Shown here in pieces: positions 27,769-37,882 of a stretch of DNA of 64,000 nucleotides; the first letter of the stretch is position 1, and the number at the start of each line of letters is the position of its first letter. The stretch is from an uncultured Nitrososphaerales archaeon (GTDB taxonomy: Archaea; Thermoproteota; Nitrososphaeria; Nitrososphaerales; Gagatemarchaeaceae), in contig OY970160.1 in assembly GCA_963706445.1 (NCBI GenBank), positions 288,001 through 352,000 on the forward strand, written 5' to 3'. The position numbers were made by a program, and so were the translations under genes. Under the pieces are notes generated by a model. The model saw only the letters and a list, made by a program, of their open reading frames with translations, had not been told where the DNA came from and made no database searches.

Positions 27769-28914
27769 GTGGGTTTTCTCGACGGCGTGCTGATCGTCGA
27801 CGCCACCAGGCTCCTCCCGGGCGGCTTCTGCTCCATGCTTCTCTCTGACATGGGGGCTGACGTCATCAAGATCGAAGAGCCGGGTCTGGGTGACTACATG
27901 CGGGCCACCCCTCCCACGAAGAATGGTAGGAGCCCTGTCCATTCGACAGTGAACAGGAACAAGCTTAGCGTCGGCATCAATCTCAAGTCGCCCGAGGGGA
28001 AGGAAGTGATGCGCCGGCTCCTCAGGAAGGCAGACGTGTTCATCGAAGGCTTCAGGCCCGGGGCGATGTCGCGGCTTGGCTTCTCGTTCAGCGAAGTCAG
28101 GAAGGTCAATAGACGCATAATCTACTGTTCGATTTCCGCCTACGGCCAGGACAACAAGCTCAGCTCGATGCCTGGACATGACATCAACTTCCAGGCAATG
28201 GCTGGGACCTTGGGATACTCGTCGGGCCCCGAGGTCCCGCAGCTGCAGCTCGGTGACATGACTTCAGGCACCTACGCCGCCCTCGGAATTCTCGGAGCGC
28301 TTGCGGGACGAAAGGGAGCCGTCCACCTTGACGTCCCCATCGTCTCGTCTCTTCTCTCCTGGATGGTCATCCCGGCCTCGGCGTACCTGGCGACCGGCCG
28401 CCCACCAAGAGAGGGCCACAGTCTGGTCTTCGGGTCCACCCCGTTCTATAGGCTCTACAAGACCTCCGACGGCAAGCACATGGCCGTGGCGGCGATAGAA
28501 GAGGGCTTCTGGAGGAACCTCCTCAGAGAGCTCGGCATCCCAGAGATGGCCAGGATGAGGTTCGGGTCGCAGGCGGAGAGAAGCAAAGTTTCCTCTGCCC
28601 TCACCCGCATATTTGCGACCAAGACGAGGGACGAATGGGCCAGGCGCCTGATGCACAGGGACACTTGCACCACCCCCGTTCTTACGGTCGAGGAAGCGCT
28701 GACAAGCGATTGGGCCAGGAACCTTTCGATGCTGCTTCAGGTCTCCAGGGGCGAAACAATACTCAACGGTCCCATCAGATCCAGCCCCAAGATGCGGACC
28801 AAGCCCTTCACGAGGGCCCCGGACCTGGGGCAGGACACGCAGGCAGTGATGAAGTCCTTGGGCTACACCAAGGATGAGACGGCGGCGCTGAAATCAAAGG
28901 GCGCCATTCAGTGA
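27769..28914 (+). CDS. Class III CoA-transferase (CaiB/BaiF family)
   Basis: GADVIKIE, NRNK, EGFRPG, GHDIN, catalytic Asp in QLGD, APDLGQDT. Confidence 0.92.
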   Translation: MGFLDGVLIVDATRLLPGGFCSMLLSDMGADVIKIEEPGLGDYMRATPPTKNGRSPVHSTVNRNKLSVGINLKSPEGKEVMRRLLRKADVFIEGFRPGAMSRLGFSFSEVRKVNRRIIYCSISAYGQDNKLSSMPGHDINFQAMAGTLGYSSGPEVPQLQLGDMTSGTYAALGILGALAGRKGAVHLDVPIVSSLLSWMVIPASAYLATGRPPREGHSLVFGSTPFYRLYKTSDGKHMAVAAIEEGFWRNLLRELGIPEMARMRFGSQAERSKVSSALTRIFATKTRDEWARRLMHRDTCTTPVLTVEEALTSDWARNLSMLLQVSRGETILNGPIRSSPKMRTKPFTRAPDLGQDTQAVMKSLGYTKDETAALKSKGAIQ

Positions 28915-28923
28915 TGGCCTTGC

Positions 28924-30117
28924 CTAGGCCCGCTGCATCAAAATCGCGAAACCCTGGCCTCCCCCTACGCACAGGGTGGCCACCCCGTATTCCTTCCCCG
29001 AGGCCTGCAGTTCCCTGGCGAGGGTCCCCACCAGCCTGGCCCCTGAAGCGCCCAGCGGGTGCCCGATTGCAATGGCACCTCCGTGCAGGTTTACCCTGGC
29101 CGGGTCGAGTCTGAGCTCTCTGATCGCGTACTGGACAACCACCGCGAAAGCCTCGTTGATCTCCCAAAGGTCCACCTGGTCTGCCTTCATGCCAGCCCGC
29201 GCGAGCGCCTTCTGAGACGCAGGGACCGGTCCCTTCCCCATCACGCTCGGGTCCACCCCGGCCCACCCCATCGAAACTATCCTGGCGAGAGGCCTCAACC
29301 CGTGCTCGTCGAGCTTCTCCCTGGAGGCCAACACAACCATGGAGGCCCCCGCGTTTAGGGGCGAGGAGTTCCCAGCGGTTATCAGACCGCCGGCCTTGAA
29401 CGACGGCGGGAGCTTCTCCATCTGCTCCATCGTAGTGTCTTTTCTGATGCTCTGGTCACCGTCGATGACTTTCTCTTCCCCGGAGACCTCCACCTTCAAA
29501 GGCAGCAGCTCGTCCCTGAACCAGCCGCCGTCCAGGGAGTTCGAAGCCTTCATGTGGGACTCCACGGAGTACCTGTCCATCTCCTCTCTGGTGAATCCCT
29601 CTTCCTGGGCGAGCTTCTCGGCGGTCAATCCCATGGAGTAGCCAGTGCTCATCTGGTATCGCATGTACTCGGGTCTGGTGAGAAGGCGCGTGTTCGGCGC
29701 CAGGGCCGGGTTGTTGCCCATGGGGATGTGAGTCAGGTGCTCCATCCCACCCGCGAGGACGACATCCGAGTTTCCGGTCATTATCTCCATGGCCCCTTCG
29801 GCGGCCGCGTTCATCGACGACGCGCAGGCACGGTCCATCCCCATCGCCGGGACGGTAACAGGGAGCCCTGCGAGGAGGACGGGGTGCCTCCCTCCGTAGA
29901 GCCAGTTCTCCCCCGTCTGGAACGCGCACCCGGTCACCACGTCTCCGATCTCCTCGGGCTTGAAGGTGGTCTTCTCGAGGAGCCTCCTGATCAGAAGGCT
30001 GAGGGCCTGGTCCATCCTGATCGAATTGTACACGTCCCTCTCCGGCTGCGACGGCCGAGAGCGAGAGAAGGGCACGCGCAGGAAATCGGCGACATAGACC
30101 TCCTTGAGCTCGACCAT
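28924..30117 (-). CDS. Acetyl-CoA C-acyltransferase (classical thiolase)
   Basis: RACASS, EINEAFA, GHPLGASG, LCVGGG. Confidence 0.95.
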   Translation of the reverse strand: MVELKEVYVADFLRVPFSRSRPSQPERDVYNSIRMDQALSLLIRRLLEKTTFKPEEIGDVVTGCAFQTGENWLYGGRHPVLLAGLPVTVPAMGMDRACASSMNAAAEGAMEIMTGNSDVVLAGGMEHLTHIPMGNNPALAPNTRLLTRPEYMRYQMSTGYSMGLTAEKLAQEEGFTREEMDRYSVESHMKASNSLDGGWFRDELLPLKVEVSGEEKVIDGDQSIRKDTTMEQMEKLPPSFKAGGLITAGNSSPLNAGASMVVLASREKLDEHGLRPLARIVSMGWAGVDPSVMGKGPVPASQKALARAGMKADQVDLWEINEAFAVVVQYAIRELRLDPARVNLHGGAIAIGHPLGASGARLVGTLARELQASGKEYGVATLCVGGGQGFAILMQRA

Positions 30118-30124
30118 GGCCTGA

Positions 30125-32128
30125 CTACTTGCCTTTGAACTCCGGTCTCCTCTTCCCCAGGAACGCAGAGACCCCCTCCTTCAGGTCTTCGGTCCCGAAT
30201 ACAACGCCCGCAGCCATCGCCTCCATCTCCAGACCGACGTCTGTGGTGGTCTCCGCTCCTCTGTTCAGAAGCTTCTTCGCGAGCATCGTCGCCACCGGGG
30301 CCTGAGTCGACGCGAGTTCCCTCGCGTAGTTCACCGCGTCCCCATCGGGGTCCTTCGCAGAAACGAGCCGGTTGACGAGCCCTATCTCGTAGGCGCGTTT
30401 CCCCTTGATCCTCTCCCCCGTCAGGATCATCGAGCTCGCATGCGACACACCCAGCAGCTGTGGCAGCCTCTGGCTCCCTGACCATGCGGGTATCAGACCC
30501 CTGGACAGCTCTGGGAATCCTATCTCCACGTCTTCGGTACCAAGTCTGAGGTCGCAGGAAATTGCGAGCTCTAGCCCGCCTCCCAACGTGTACCCCTTGA
30601 GCACGGCGATGGTGAGCTTGGGCACGTCGCCGAGCTTCCTGAGAGTCCTTGCCCCCTTTCTGGCGAACTCCATGAATGAAACGGCGTTGCTGTAGTATTG
30701 CGAGAGGTCTGCCCCAGCGGAGAAGACCGACCCCTCTCCGGTGACGAGTACCACCCTGACCTCGTTGTCCGCGCTCAGCTCATCGGCGATGCGATCAAGG
30801 CTGTTCAGCACTTCTGCGTTGATCAGGTTCAGGCGCGGGCGGTTGAGAACAATCCTAGCTACGCCCCCCGCGAGCCTCTCGAAACGCACTACCTCTGCGC
30901 CACTCTGATCGGCCGATCGGACCCTCGGCTCCGCGGGGGCGCCTGGTGCCGGCGTGGCGCCTGGAGGTGAGAGCCTGCCTTCGATGGCGTCGCGGAGTTT
31001 GCCTTCAGCGATCGACTTCGCGGGGGCGAAGACCTTGCAATCGTACTTCGAAGCGAGCTCTTCTAGCTTCGACTTCACCTCGGCATTGCTCAGGTCCTTG
31101 GCTACCGCTATGGGGCCGAATGGCCGGTTCATCCCCAGGGTCACCCCCTTCTCGATGTCTCCCGGAGTCGCCACTCCCTCCTCTATGAGCTTGACCGCCT
31201 CATTGATCTCGAGTGCGAATATGTCCATGATGGTGACCTTCTCGGTGGCGGGGGCGGCAGGAATCTGCGCCCTCCCTGTGGACCAGTCATAGAACCCCCT
31301 CCCCGTCTTCTTTCCGAGCCTCCCCTCCTTCGCCATCAGCGCGAACGTCTTCCCTTTCCCGTATTCGGGGGAGAGCGCCTGGGAGAAGTATGCCAGCGAG
31401 TCTGCTCCAATGTCGACCCCGACGAAGTCGAGGAGCTCGTAGGGTCCCATGGGGAGCCCCTGGGCCTTCGCGAAGCTGTCGACCTCCGCGGGAGTCGCGA
31501 CTCCCTTGTCCATTATCAGGCAGAAGAACAGGGTGTCGGCTGCGTTAATCCTGTTAACTATGAACCCGGGGCTGTCCTTGGCGACCTTCACCGCGGTCCT
31601 CCCCAGCTTAGCGCTCACCTCCATCATCGTCTGTACGACCGCCGGGTCTGTCTTGGAGCCGGGAATCACCTCGACGAGTTTTATCAGCATAGGCGGGTTG
31701 AAGAAGTGCAAACCCACCATCCGCTCGGGCCTGTCGGTGGCGGATGCCAGGTCAGATATCCTGATGTTCGAGGTGTTGGACGCCAAAATCGCGTCCCTTG
31801 GCGCGATGGCACTTGCCTCCTTGAATACAGACTTCTTGAGCTCGATGGACTCGGGGACTGCCTCCACTATCAGGTCGGCGTCTGACACCGCCTTGTCCAT
31901 GGACTCGAAGTACGCCAGTCTTGACAGCGCGGCGGCCGAGTCTTCCTTGGTTATCTTCCCCTTCTCGACGAGCTTGTCGAGGCTCGCCCCGATTCTCCCC
32001 TTCGCCTTCTCCAACATCGCAGGGAACTTATCAGTCACCCTGACGTCGTAGCCGCTGACGGCAAAGAGCTCTGCGATGCCGTGCCCCATGTCCCCGGCGC
32101 CTATGACGGCGACCTTCCTGATCTCCAC
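30125..32128 (-). CDS. Fused 3-hydroxyacyl-CoA dehydrogenase / enoyl-CoA hydratase
   Basis: GAGDMG, SNTS, HFFNP, GFIVNR; crotonase FSAGADL, GGGLE, PELSRG. Confidence 0.95.
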   Translation of the reverse strand: MEIRKVAVIGAGDMGHGIAELFAVSGYDVRVTDKFPAMLEKAKGRIGASLDKLVEKGKITKEDSAAALSRLAYFESMDKAVSDADLIVEAVPESIELKKSVFKEASAIAPRDAILASNTSNIRISDLASATDRPERMVGLHFFNPPMLIKLVEVIPGSKTDPAVVQTMMEVSAKLGRTAVKVAKDSPGFIVNRINAADTLFFCLIMDKGVATPAEVDSFAKAQGLPMGPYELLDFVGVDIGADSLAYFSQALSPEYGKGKTFALMAKEGRLGKKTGRGFYDWSTGRAQIPAAPATEKVTIMDIFALEINEAVKLIEEGVATPGDIEKGVTLGMNRPFGPIAVAKDLSNAEVKSKLEELASKYDCKVFAPAKSIAEGKLRDAIEGRLSPPGATPAPGAPAEPRVRSADQSGAEVVRFERLAGGVARIVLNRPRLNLINAEVLNSLDRIADELSADNEVRVVLVTGEGSVFSAGADLSQYYSNAVSFMEFARKGARTLRKLGDVPKLTIAVLKGYTLGGGLELAISCDLRLGTEDVEIGFPELSRGLIPAWSGSQRLPQLLGVSHASSMILTGERIKGKRAYEIGLVNRLVSAKDPDGDAVNYARELASTQAPVATMLAKKLLNRGAETTTDVGLEMEAMAAGVVFGTEDLKEGVSAFLGKRRPEFKGK

Positions 32129-32299
32129 GCCCTATCTAAAGGCGGGCCGGCCGGCGGTCGCTTTAGTCTTTGTGGGGCGACCCCAGCTCTCATGAGAGGA
32201 AAGGTTATCTTCGACTCGAAATCATGGTTACCTCAAGGATACCACCATGCTGGGCATCAGTTTGCCGATGGCCACCCTGAAGTTTTCAGGCGAGAGCGC

Positions 32300-33493
32300 A
32301 TGAGCACGCTTTCTCCGTCCCCTTCCGACTATAACATCACGATAACCGAGGAACAGGAGGCGTTCAGGAAGGCGGTGAGAGAGTTTGCCGAAAAGGAGCT
32401 CGCCCCTGTCGCCCAGAAGATAGACAAGGAGAACCAGATGGACATGGGCCTTGTCAAGAAGGCTGCAGACCTGGGCCTCTTCGGCATCCCATTCCCCGAA
32501 GAATACGGCGGGGGAGCCGGAGACGATCTCTCACTCGTACTCGCGACAGAGGAAATTGCCAGATTCTCAGCGGCCTTCTCCGCAGTGGTGGGAGCGACAT
32601 ACCTTGTCTCGACTCCGATCTTCCTATTCGGGAACGAAGAACAGAAGCAGAAGTACCTGATTCCCATCGCCAAAGGACAGAAGATAGCAGCCCACGCGAT
32701 GACAGAACCGGGGACCGGCTCGGACGTCGCCGCCATCAGCACGACCGCCACCAAGAACGGAGACAAGTATTCGATAAACGGCAAGAAGATGTTCATCACA
32801 AACGGTGACAAGGCAGAAGTCTTCCTGATCTTCGCGAGGACTAGCCCGAAGGAGGAGGGCAAGAGGCACCACGGGGTCACCGCTTTCATCGCCGAGAAGG
32901 GGATGCCCGGCCTGACAGTCGGCCAGAGGACAGACGTCATCGGCCTCAGGGGTGACCAGCCCGTCGAGCTGATAATGGAGAACCTCGAAGTCCCAGAGAG
33001 CAACATCGTCGGCGAGATCGGGAGGGGTGTTAGGATAGCCCTCACCTGCTACGACCACGGCAGGGTGGGGGTCGCAGCGCAGGGGGCCGGACTAGCCCAG
33101 GCCGCCCTCGAGGCCGCCCTGGACTATGCTACCCAAAGGCAGACCTTCGACAACTACCTCCTCAGCTACCAGCAGGTGCAGTTCAAGATAGCCGAGATGA
33201 CCGTGGCGGTGCACACCGCGAGGCTCCTGACCTACTGGGCGGCCACTCTCACCAAGAAAGGGAAGGACTTCATCAAAGCCTCCTCCATAGCTAAGATTGT
33301 CGCCACCGAGGCCGCAGAGACGAACGCCCACATGGCAATGCTGATCATGGGCGCCTACGGGGTGTCGGCCGACATGCAAGTGGAGCGGATTCTCAGGGAC
33401 TCGCAGATCATCAAGACCTACGAGGGGACCAACGACATCCAGCGCCTCACCATCATGAAGGAAGTGGCGAAGGAAATGGGCGTGCTGGGCTAG
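32300..33493 (+). CDS. Acyl-CoA dehydrogenase
   Basis: TEPGTGSD, GKKMFITNG, YEGTNDIQR; start ATG 32300. Confidence 0.95.
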   Translation: MSTLSPSPSDYNITITEEQEAFRKAVREFAEKELAPVAQKIDKENQMDMGLVKKAADLGLFGIPFPEEYGGGAGDDLSLVLATEEIARFSAAFSAVVGATYLVSTPIFLFGNEEQKQKYLIPIAKGQKIAAHAMTEPGTGSDVAAISTTATKNGDKYSINGKKMFITNGDKAEVFLIFARTSPKEEGKRHHGVTAFIAEKGMPGLTVGQRTDVIGLRGDQPVELIMENLEVPESNIVGEIGRGVRIALTCYDHGRVGVAAQGAGLAQAALEAALDYATQRQTFDNYLLSYQQVQFKIAEMTVAVHTARLLTYWAATLTKKGKDFIKASSIAKIVATEAAETNAHMAMLIMGAYGVSADMQVERILRDSQIIKTYEGTNDIQRLTIMKEVAKEMGVLG

Positions 33494-33547
33494 CCCAAGA
33501 ACGAGATTGAAATACGAGCCTGAACCCCGAAACAAGAGACTGAAAGT

Positions 33548-34708
33548 TTGAGCAGAGTAGCCATCGTCGGCATAGGCCACAGCAGGTTCGGGAAGCGTAC
33601 GGACGTCAACGTCGGGGAGCTGGCCTTCGAGTCAATCAAGCAGGCCATCGACGACGCCGGGGTCGACAAGAAGGACATCGGCAACGTTGTCGTCGGCAGC
33701 GCCGGGGGGTGGTACGAGGAGTCCCTCCCCGCCGTGGTGGTGAACGAGTATGCTGGGCTGAGCGGGGCGGGGACCATGCGGGTCGAGGCGGCGTGTGCGA
33801 GCGGGAGTGCTGCCGTGAAGTCAGCTTACAACAGCATACTCAGCGGCGAGACCGAGGTGGCCATGGCCGTGGGGGTGGAGAAGATGACCGAGGTCGATAC
33901 CCCGACGTCGGTGGAGCTCATCGGAAGGGCAGGCTCGTACATGTGGGAGTTCGAGAACTACGGCATGACCTTCCCGGCGTATTACGCGCTCTACGCTGTC
34001 GCCCACATGAACAAGTTCGGCACCACCGAAGAGGACATGTCCAGGGTCTCGGTGAAGGCCCACCACTACGGTTCGATGAACCCCCTGGCCCAGTTCCAGA
34101 AGGAGATCACGCTCGAAAAGGCGATGGGGTCTCAGGTTGTCGCCTGGCCGCTGAAGCTGTATGACGCCTGCCCGTTGACCGACGGCTCGGCCGCGGTCGT
34201 CCTCGCTTCGGAGGAGGCTGCAAAGAAGCTGTCGGACACCCCGGTCTGGATCAAGGGGGTCGGTTACTCGTCTGACACGGCGAACCTCAGCCGGAGGTCA
34301 GACTATGTTGGGCTTCAAGCAGCGGTGTCGGCTGCGAAGACCGCCTACTCGATGGCAAAGGCGACCCCTCAGGACATCGATGTCGCCACAGCCCACGACT
34401 GCTTCACCATCGCCGAGCTGATGGCCTACGAAGACCTAGGCTTCTGCAAGAAGGGGGAGGCGGCGAAGATGATATGCGAAGGCGAGACCGAGCTCGGAGG
34501 GCGGATTCCGGTGAATCTCGATGGCGGCCTCAAGGCCAAGGGGCACCCCATAGGAGCGACGGGGGTCTCTATGGCGGTGGAGATCACAAAACAGCTGAGG
34601 GGGGAGGCCGGAAAACACCAGGCCCCGATAAGGAACTGCCTTGGGCTGGTCCACAACATCGGGGGGACAGGGCACTACGCCTACGTGACGATACTCTCCA
34701 GGGACTAG
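33548..34708 (+). CDS. SCP2/SCPx-type archaeal thiolase
   Basis: EAACASG, HDCF, KGHPIGATG. Confidence 0.92.
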   Translation: MSRVAIVGIGHSRFGKRTDVNVGELAFESIKQAIDDAGVDKKDIGNVVVGSAGGWYEESLPAVVVNEYAGLSGAGTMRVEAACASGSAAVKSAYNSILSGETEVAMAVGVEKMTEVDTPTSVELIGRAGSYMWEFENYGMTFPAYYALYAVAHMNKFGTTEEDMSRVSVKAHHYGSMNPLAQFQKEITLEKAMGSQVVAWPLKLYDACPLTDGSAAVVLASEEAAKKLSDTPVWIKGVGYSSDTANLSRRSDYVGLQAAVSAAKTAYSMAKATPQDIDVATAHDCFTIAELMAYEDLGFCKKGEAAKMICEGETELGGRIPVNLDGGLKAKGHPIGATGVSMAVEITKQLRGEAGKHQAPIRNCLGLVHNIGGTGHYAYVTILSRD

Positions 34709-34710
34709 CC

Positions 34711-35142
34711 ATGTCAGAGATACCATCCCTACATTCGAGAAGGACCCTCAATTTGAGGTTCGACATCCCGATCTCGAAGACCCACGAGTTCTGGGACGCC
34801 CTGAAGGAGGGAAGGTTCGTCACCACCAAGTGCACGAAGTGCGGGAATGTGTCCTTCCCGCCCCAAGCCGACTGCCCGAAGTGCATGAGCAACGAGTTCC
34901 AGTGGATCGACTTCGGCCGGGACGCCGTCCTCGTGACCTACACCCAGGTCAAGATACCTCCCGCGAGCTTCGCAGGGAGCGAGCCCTACACCATAGCCAT
35001 AGGAGAGCTATCAGATGGTCTGAAGGTCCTCGCCTGGCTCGAAGGGGTCAAACAGGAGGAAACTAAGCCTGGAATGGAACTCAGGATCGAGGCCAGGTCC
35101 AGCAAAGAAGGGAACGCGTACTACGTCTTCGTGAAGGCCTAG
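34711..35142 (+). CDS. DUF35 zinc-ribbon/OB-fold protein
   Basis: CTKCG..FPPQADCPKC; directly after the thiolase. Confidence 0.92.
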   Translation: MSEIPSLHSRRTLNLRFDIPISKTHEFWDALKEGRFVTTKCTKCGNVSFPPQADCPKCMSNEFQWIDFGRDAVLVTYTQVKIPPASFAGSEPYTIAIGELSDGLKVLAWLEGVKQEETKPGMELRIEARSSKEGNAYYVFVKA

Positions 35143-35516
35143 AATTCCTTCGGGGTGTCCCGCATTATGTCGGCCACTCTCGCCAGCTTGTCCCTGTACA
35201 TCAGGACCTTCGTCAACGAACCTTTGAACTTCAGCTGACCCTTCAGCACTGCCGACTGGAGGTCCACTTCTCCCTTCGCTACCTTGCACCATGAGTCATA
35301 GGTCCCGTCGAGGGCGAACTCGGTCGACGATCCAGGCACAGCCTTCTGGAGCGTCGTGACGCCATTCTCCACGCCGAGGACATAGTTCTGCCCGATGTCA
35401 GAGACGTTCAGGGCGATGCTCGTCTTGAGGGTCTTCGTGCTCTCCGTCCACTTCGGGTCCTGGTTGAGAGCCGCCAGCACCTGTGAGAAGTACTCGTCAC
35501 TAAGGTACTTTGCCAT
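35139..35516 (-). CDS. SCP2 sterol/lipid-binding domain protein
   Basis: W..VAKGEVDLQSAVLKGQLKFKG motif. Confidence 0.88.
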   Translation of the reverse strand: MAKYLSDEYFSQVLAALNQDPKWTESTKTLKTSIALNVSDIGQNYVLGVENGVTTLQKAVPGSSTEFALDGTYDSWCKVAKGEVDLQSAVLKGQLKFKGSLTKVLMYRDKLARVADIMRDTPKEF

Positions 35517-35793
35517 TGGCTTTCGCTCCCGATGCTCTCTTTTTGAGGTTAACTATGGCCCCTGAGGTCAGCACAGTGACCAGCTTCTTTCCTCCGATCA
35601 CGATACTTTCCGAGTCCCCCCGAAGCTTGGGTGCCACCGCATCCGTGGTCTTCACAATCAGTGCTCGGGGACTCCCCTTGACCGATATGACTTTCATTGG
35701 TCTGTGCCTGCCTTCCATTATTTCTGTGAAGGCCCTAACGTCCTCTTCTGAGAGGTCGGAGTCTGCCTGAAAGAGGACGTACCGCTTTGACAT
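35500..35793 (-). CDS. Short Pop5/Rpp14-like RNase P protein
   Basis: KRYVLF, LIVKT, TVLTSGAIVNLKKR; downstream of the COG1325-type gene. Confidence 0.6.
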   Translation of the reverse strand: MSKRYVLFQADSDLSEEDVRAFTEIMEGRHRPMKVISVKGSPRALIVKTTDAVAPKLRGDSESIVIGGKKLVTVLTSGAIVNLKKRASGAKANGKVP

Positions 35794-35795
35794 GC

Positions 35796-36227
35796 TTAGG
35801 TTTCACCCAGGAGGTTGGTGAAGAATTCCCTCCCGTGCCCCTTCATGACGAAGGCCCTTGGTTTGACCTTCAGCCGGATCACATCGCTAGAGCCGAGAGA
35901 GAGCTCTCCCCGCACTAGCTTTTGTTTGTCGAGCCTCAAGAACAAGGACGAGTGCTCATCCACGTACTTATCCAGATCGCGGACTAGCTCACCCCTGAGC
36001 GTGCTGGGGAGCTTTGAAGTCAACTCCTGGAACGCCTTCGACGCTTCGTCCCCGTGCAGGTGCAGGTCTACTTTCTTGATGGCGTTGCCGAAGTGTCCCT
36101 CCATCTCCTCAGTTTCAAACGAAGCGTCCGACGCGAATATCTCCCTGACGGCCAAGCTCACAGTCTCAGGATCTTCAGTGGCGTGGAGAAGGTAAGACAC
36201 ATCAAATGATTGGATTGCGCCTTTCAT
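35796..36227 (-). CDS. Predicted exosome-associated RNA-binding protein (COG1325/DUF54)
   Basis: HATED, GHFGN, FLRLDKQ; start ATG 36227. Confidence 0.9.
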   Translation of the reverse strand: MKGAIQSFDVSYLLHATEDPETVSLAVREIFASDASFETEEMEGHFGNAIKKVDLHLHGDEASKAFQELTSKLPSTLRGELVRDLDKYVDEHSSLFLRLDKQKLVRGELSLGSSDVIRLKVKPRAFVMKGHGREFFTNLLGET

Positions 36228-36357
36228 CGAGAACTTCGGGTTGGAAATCCCACTATAAGCGCATCGTCCGTTCGGGACACCATCCAGTGACGACGGCAGA
36301 CGAACTCGCTCCCTACCCATCGAGAAGATTAACTACACCCACCCGGAACGCCTTCTC

Positions 36358-36882
36358 GTGGCGCCCAAGAAGCTGACCGTCGAAGACATACTCTCCGACG
36401 AGCTCAAGCGCGAGATGAACATGGACACGGAGACCTTCGCAGTCATCGACGACTGGGACTCGGTGCTGCACAGCGTCTACCAGATGCCCATCGAATACGC
36501 AGGCTACACCAACCGGGTGGGTGACATGAAGATCTTGAGGGAAATGATCGACACGCTAGCCACCTCGAATTTTGAACACGTGAAGAGGAGCGAGAGCAGG
36601 AAGAAGCAACTCGCCCAGTACACGAAGACCCTGAGCATGTACTACAACCTCGTCTTCACAAAGGGGAAGAAACGGATCGGTTACGGGGCCCTCATCCACT
36701 TTCCGAAGCTGAAGTCCAACCCCGACAGGAGCGGGGGAATAGTCCTAGCCTCAAAGATCACCCTGGACGGGAAGAAGCACGAGGCCACCTTCGAGAGGGG
36801 AAAGTTCGACGACTTCCTTGTCGAGGTGAAGCCCTACATCAACCTCCTCGGGGACCTGTACCGGCAGTCCCGCAAGATGTAG
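36358..36882 (+). CDS. Hypothetical protein
   Basis: 174 aa, strong host-like codon usage, first gene of the KEOPS run. Confidence 0.8.
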   Translation: MAPKKLTVEDILSDELKREMNMDTETFAVIDDWDSVLHSVYQMPIEYAGYTNRVGDMKILREMIDTLATSNFEHVKRSESRKKQLAQYTKTLSMYYNLVFTKGKKRIGYGALIHFPKLKSNPDRSGGIVLASKITLDGKKHEATFERGKFDDFLVEVKPYINLLGDLYRQSRKM

Positions 36883-36889
36883 GCCGCCC

Positions 36890-37882
36890 TTGAGACGCTA
36901 CATCCTCGGGGTCGAGAGCACGGCCCACACTTTCTCAGTCTCCGTTGTTTCGTCAGACGGAAAGATACTCTCCAACGCGAAGTCTGTCTACAAGCCCCCC
37001 GAAGGGAGCGGGATACACCCCTTCGAAGCGTCACAGAACCACATCGCCTCAGCCCCCAAGGTCCTCGCCGAGGCCATCGAGGCTTCGGGGGTGCCCTTGA
37101 AGGACTTGGCGGCCGTTTCCTACTCCATGGGCCCGGGACTCGGCCCCTGTCTCCGTGTCGGCGGAGTGGTCGCAAGGACCCTTGCCTCGTCTCTCGGGAT
37201 CCCCTTGGTCCCGGTGAACCACGCCGTCGGGCACATCGAGCTCGGGTGCCTGCTCACCAGATCGAAGGACCCAGTCGTCCTCCTCGTCTCGGGGGGCCAC
37301 ACGATGATACTAGCCTACTCGGCCCAGCGGTGGCGGGTGCTGGGGGAGTCCCTGGACCTGACCTTAGGCCAGCTCCTCGACCAGTTCGGCCGACACCACG
37401 GGCTCGCCTCCCCCTGCGGCCGCGCCATCGAAGAAGCTGCTTCCAGGTCGAGGAACTACCTTCGACTACCATATGCTGTGAAGGGGAACGACGTATCATT
37501 CTCCGGGCTTCTCACTGCCTCAAAGCAGTTACTGGACAGGGGGAGCACCTTCTCAGACGTCTCGTATTCCATCCAAGAGACCGCCTTTGCAATGGTGACC
37601 GAGGTGACTGAGCGGGCCCTCGCGTTTACGGGGAAGAAAGAAGTGATGATCGTGGGGGGTGTGGCGGCTAACCGACGCCTGAGCGGGATGATGACTGAGA
37701 TGGCGGCAAGGCACTCCGCCACTGTGACGGGGACCCCCATCGAATACAGCGGGGACTGCGGTGCCCAGATCGCCTGGACTGGCTGGCTCACCTACTCGTG
37801 CGGCATCGAGGTCCCCATAGAAGAAGGGGGTGTGCTACAATCATGGAGGCTTGACCGCGTCGACATCCAATGGCGTGAGTAA
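36890..37882 (+). CDS. kae1: KEOPS t6A synthase Kae1
   Basis: GVESTAHT, GPGLGPCL, NHAVGH, SGGHT, GGVAAN. Confidence 0.95.
   Translation: MRRYILGVESTAHTFSVSVVSSDGKILSNAKSVYKPPEGSGIHPFEASQNHIASAPKVLAEAIEASGVPLKDLAAVSYSMGPGLGPCLRVGGVVARTLASSLGIPLVPVNHAVGHIELGCLLTRSKDPVVLLVSGGHTMILAYSAQRWRVLGESLDLTLGQLLDQFGRHHGLASPCGRAIEEAASRSRNYLRLPYAVKGNDVSFSGLLTASKQLLDRGSTFSDVSYSIQETAFAMVTEVTERALAFTGKKEVMIVGGVAANRRLSGMMTEMAARHSATVTGTPIEYSGDCGAQIAWTGWLTYSCGIEVPIEEGGVLQSWRLDRVDIQWRE

Noticed and set aside
36260-36325. Possible C/D sRNA (GUGACGA) in the divergent gap
   Set aside because: No properly spaced CUGA D box
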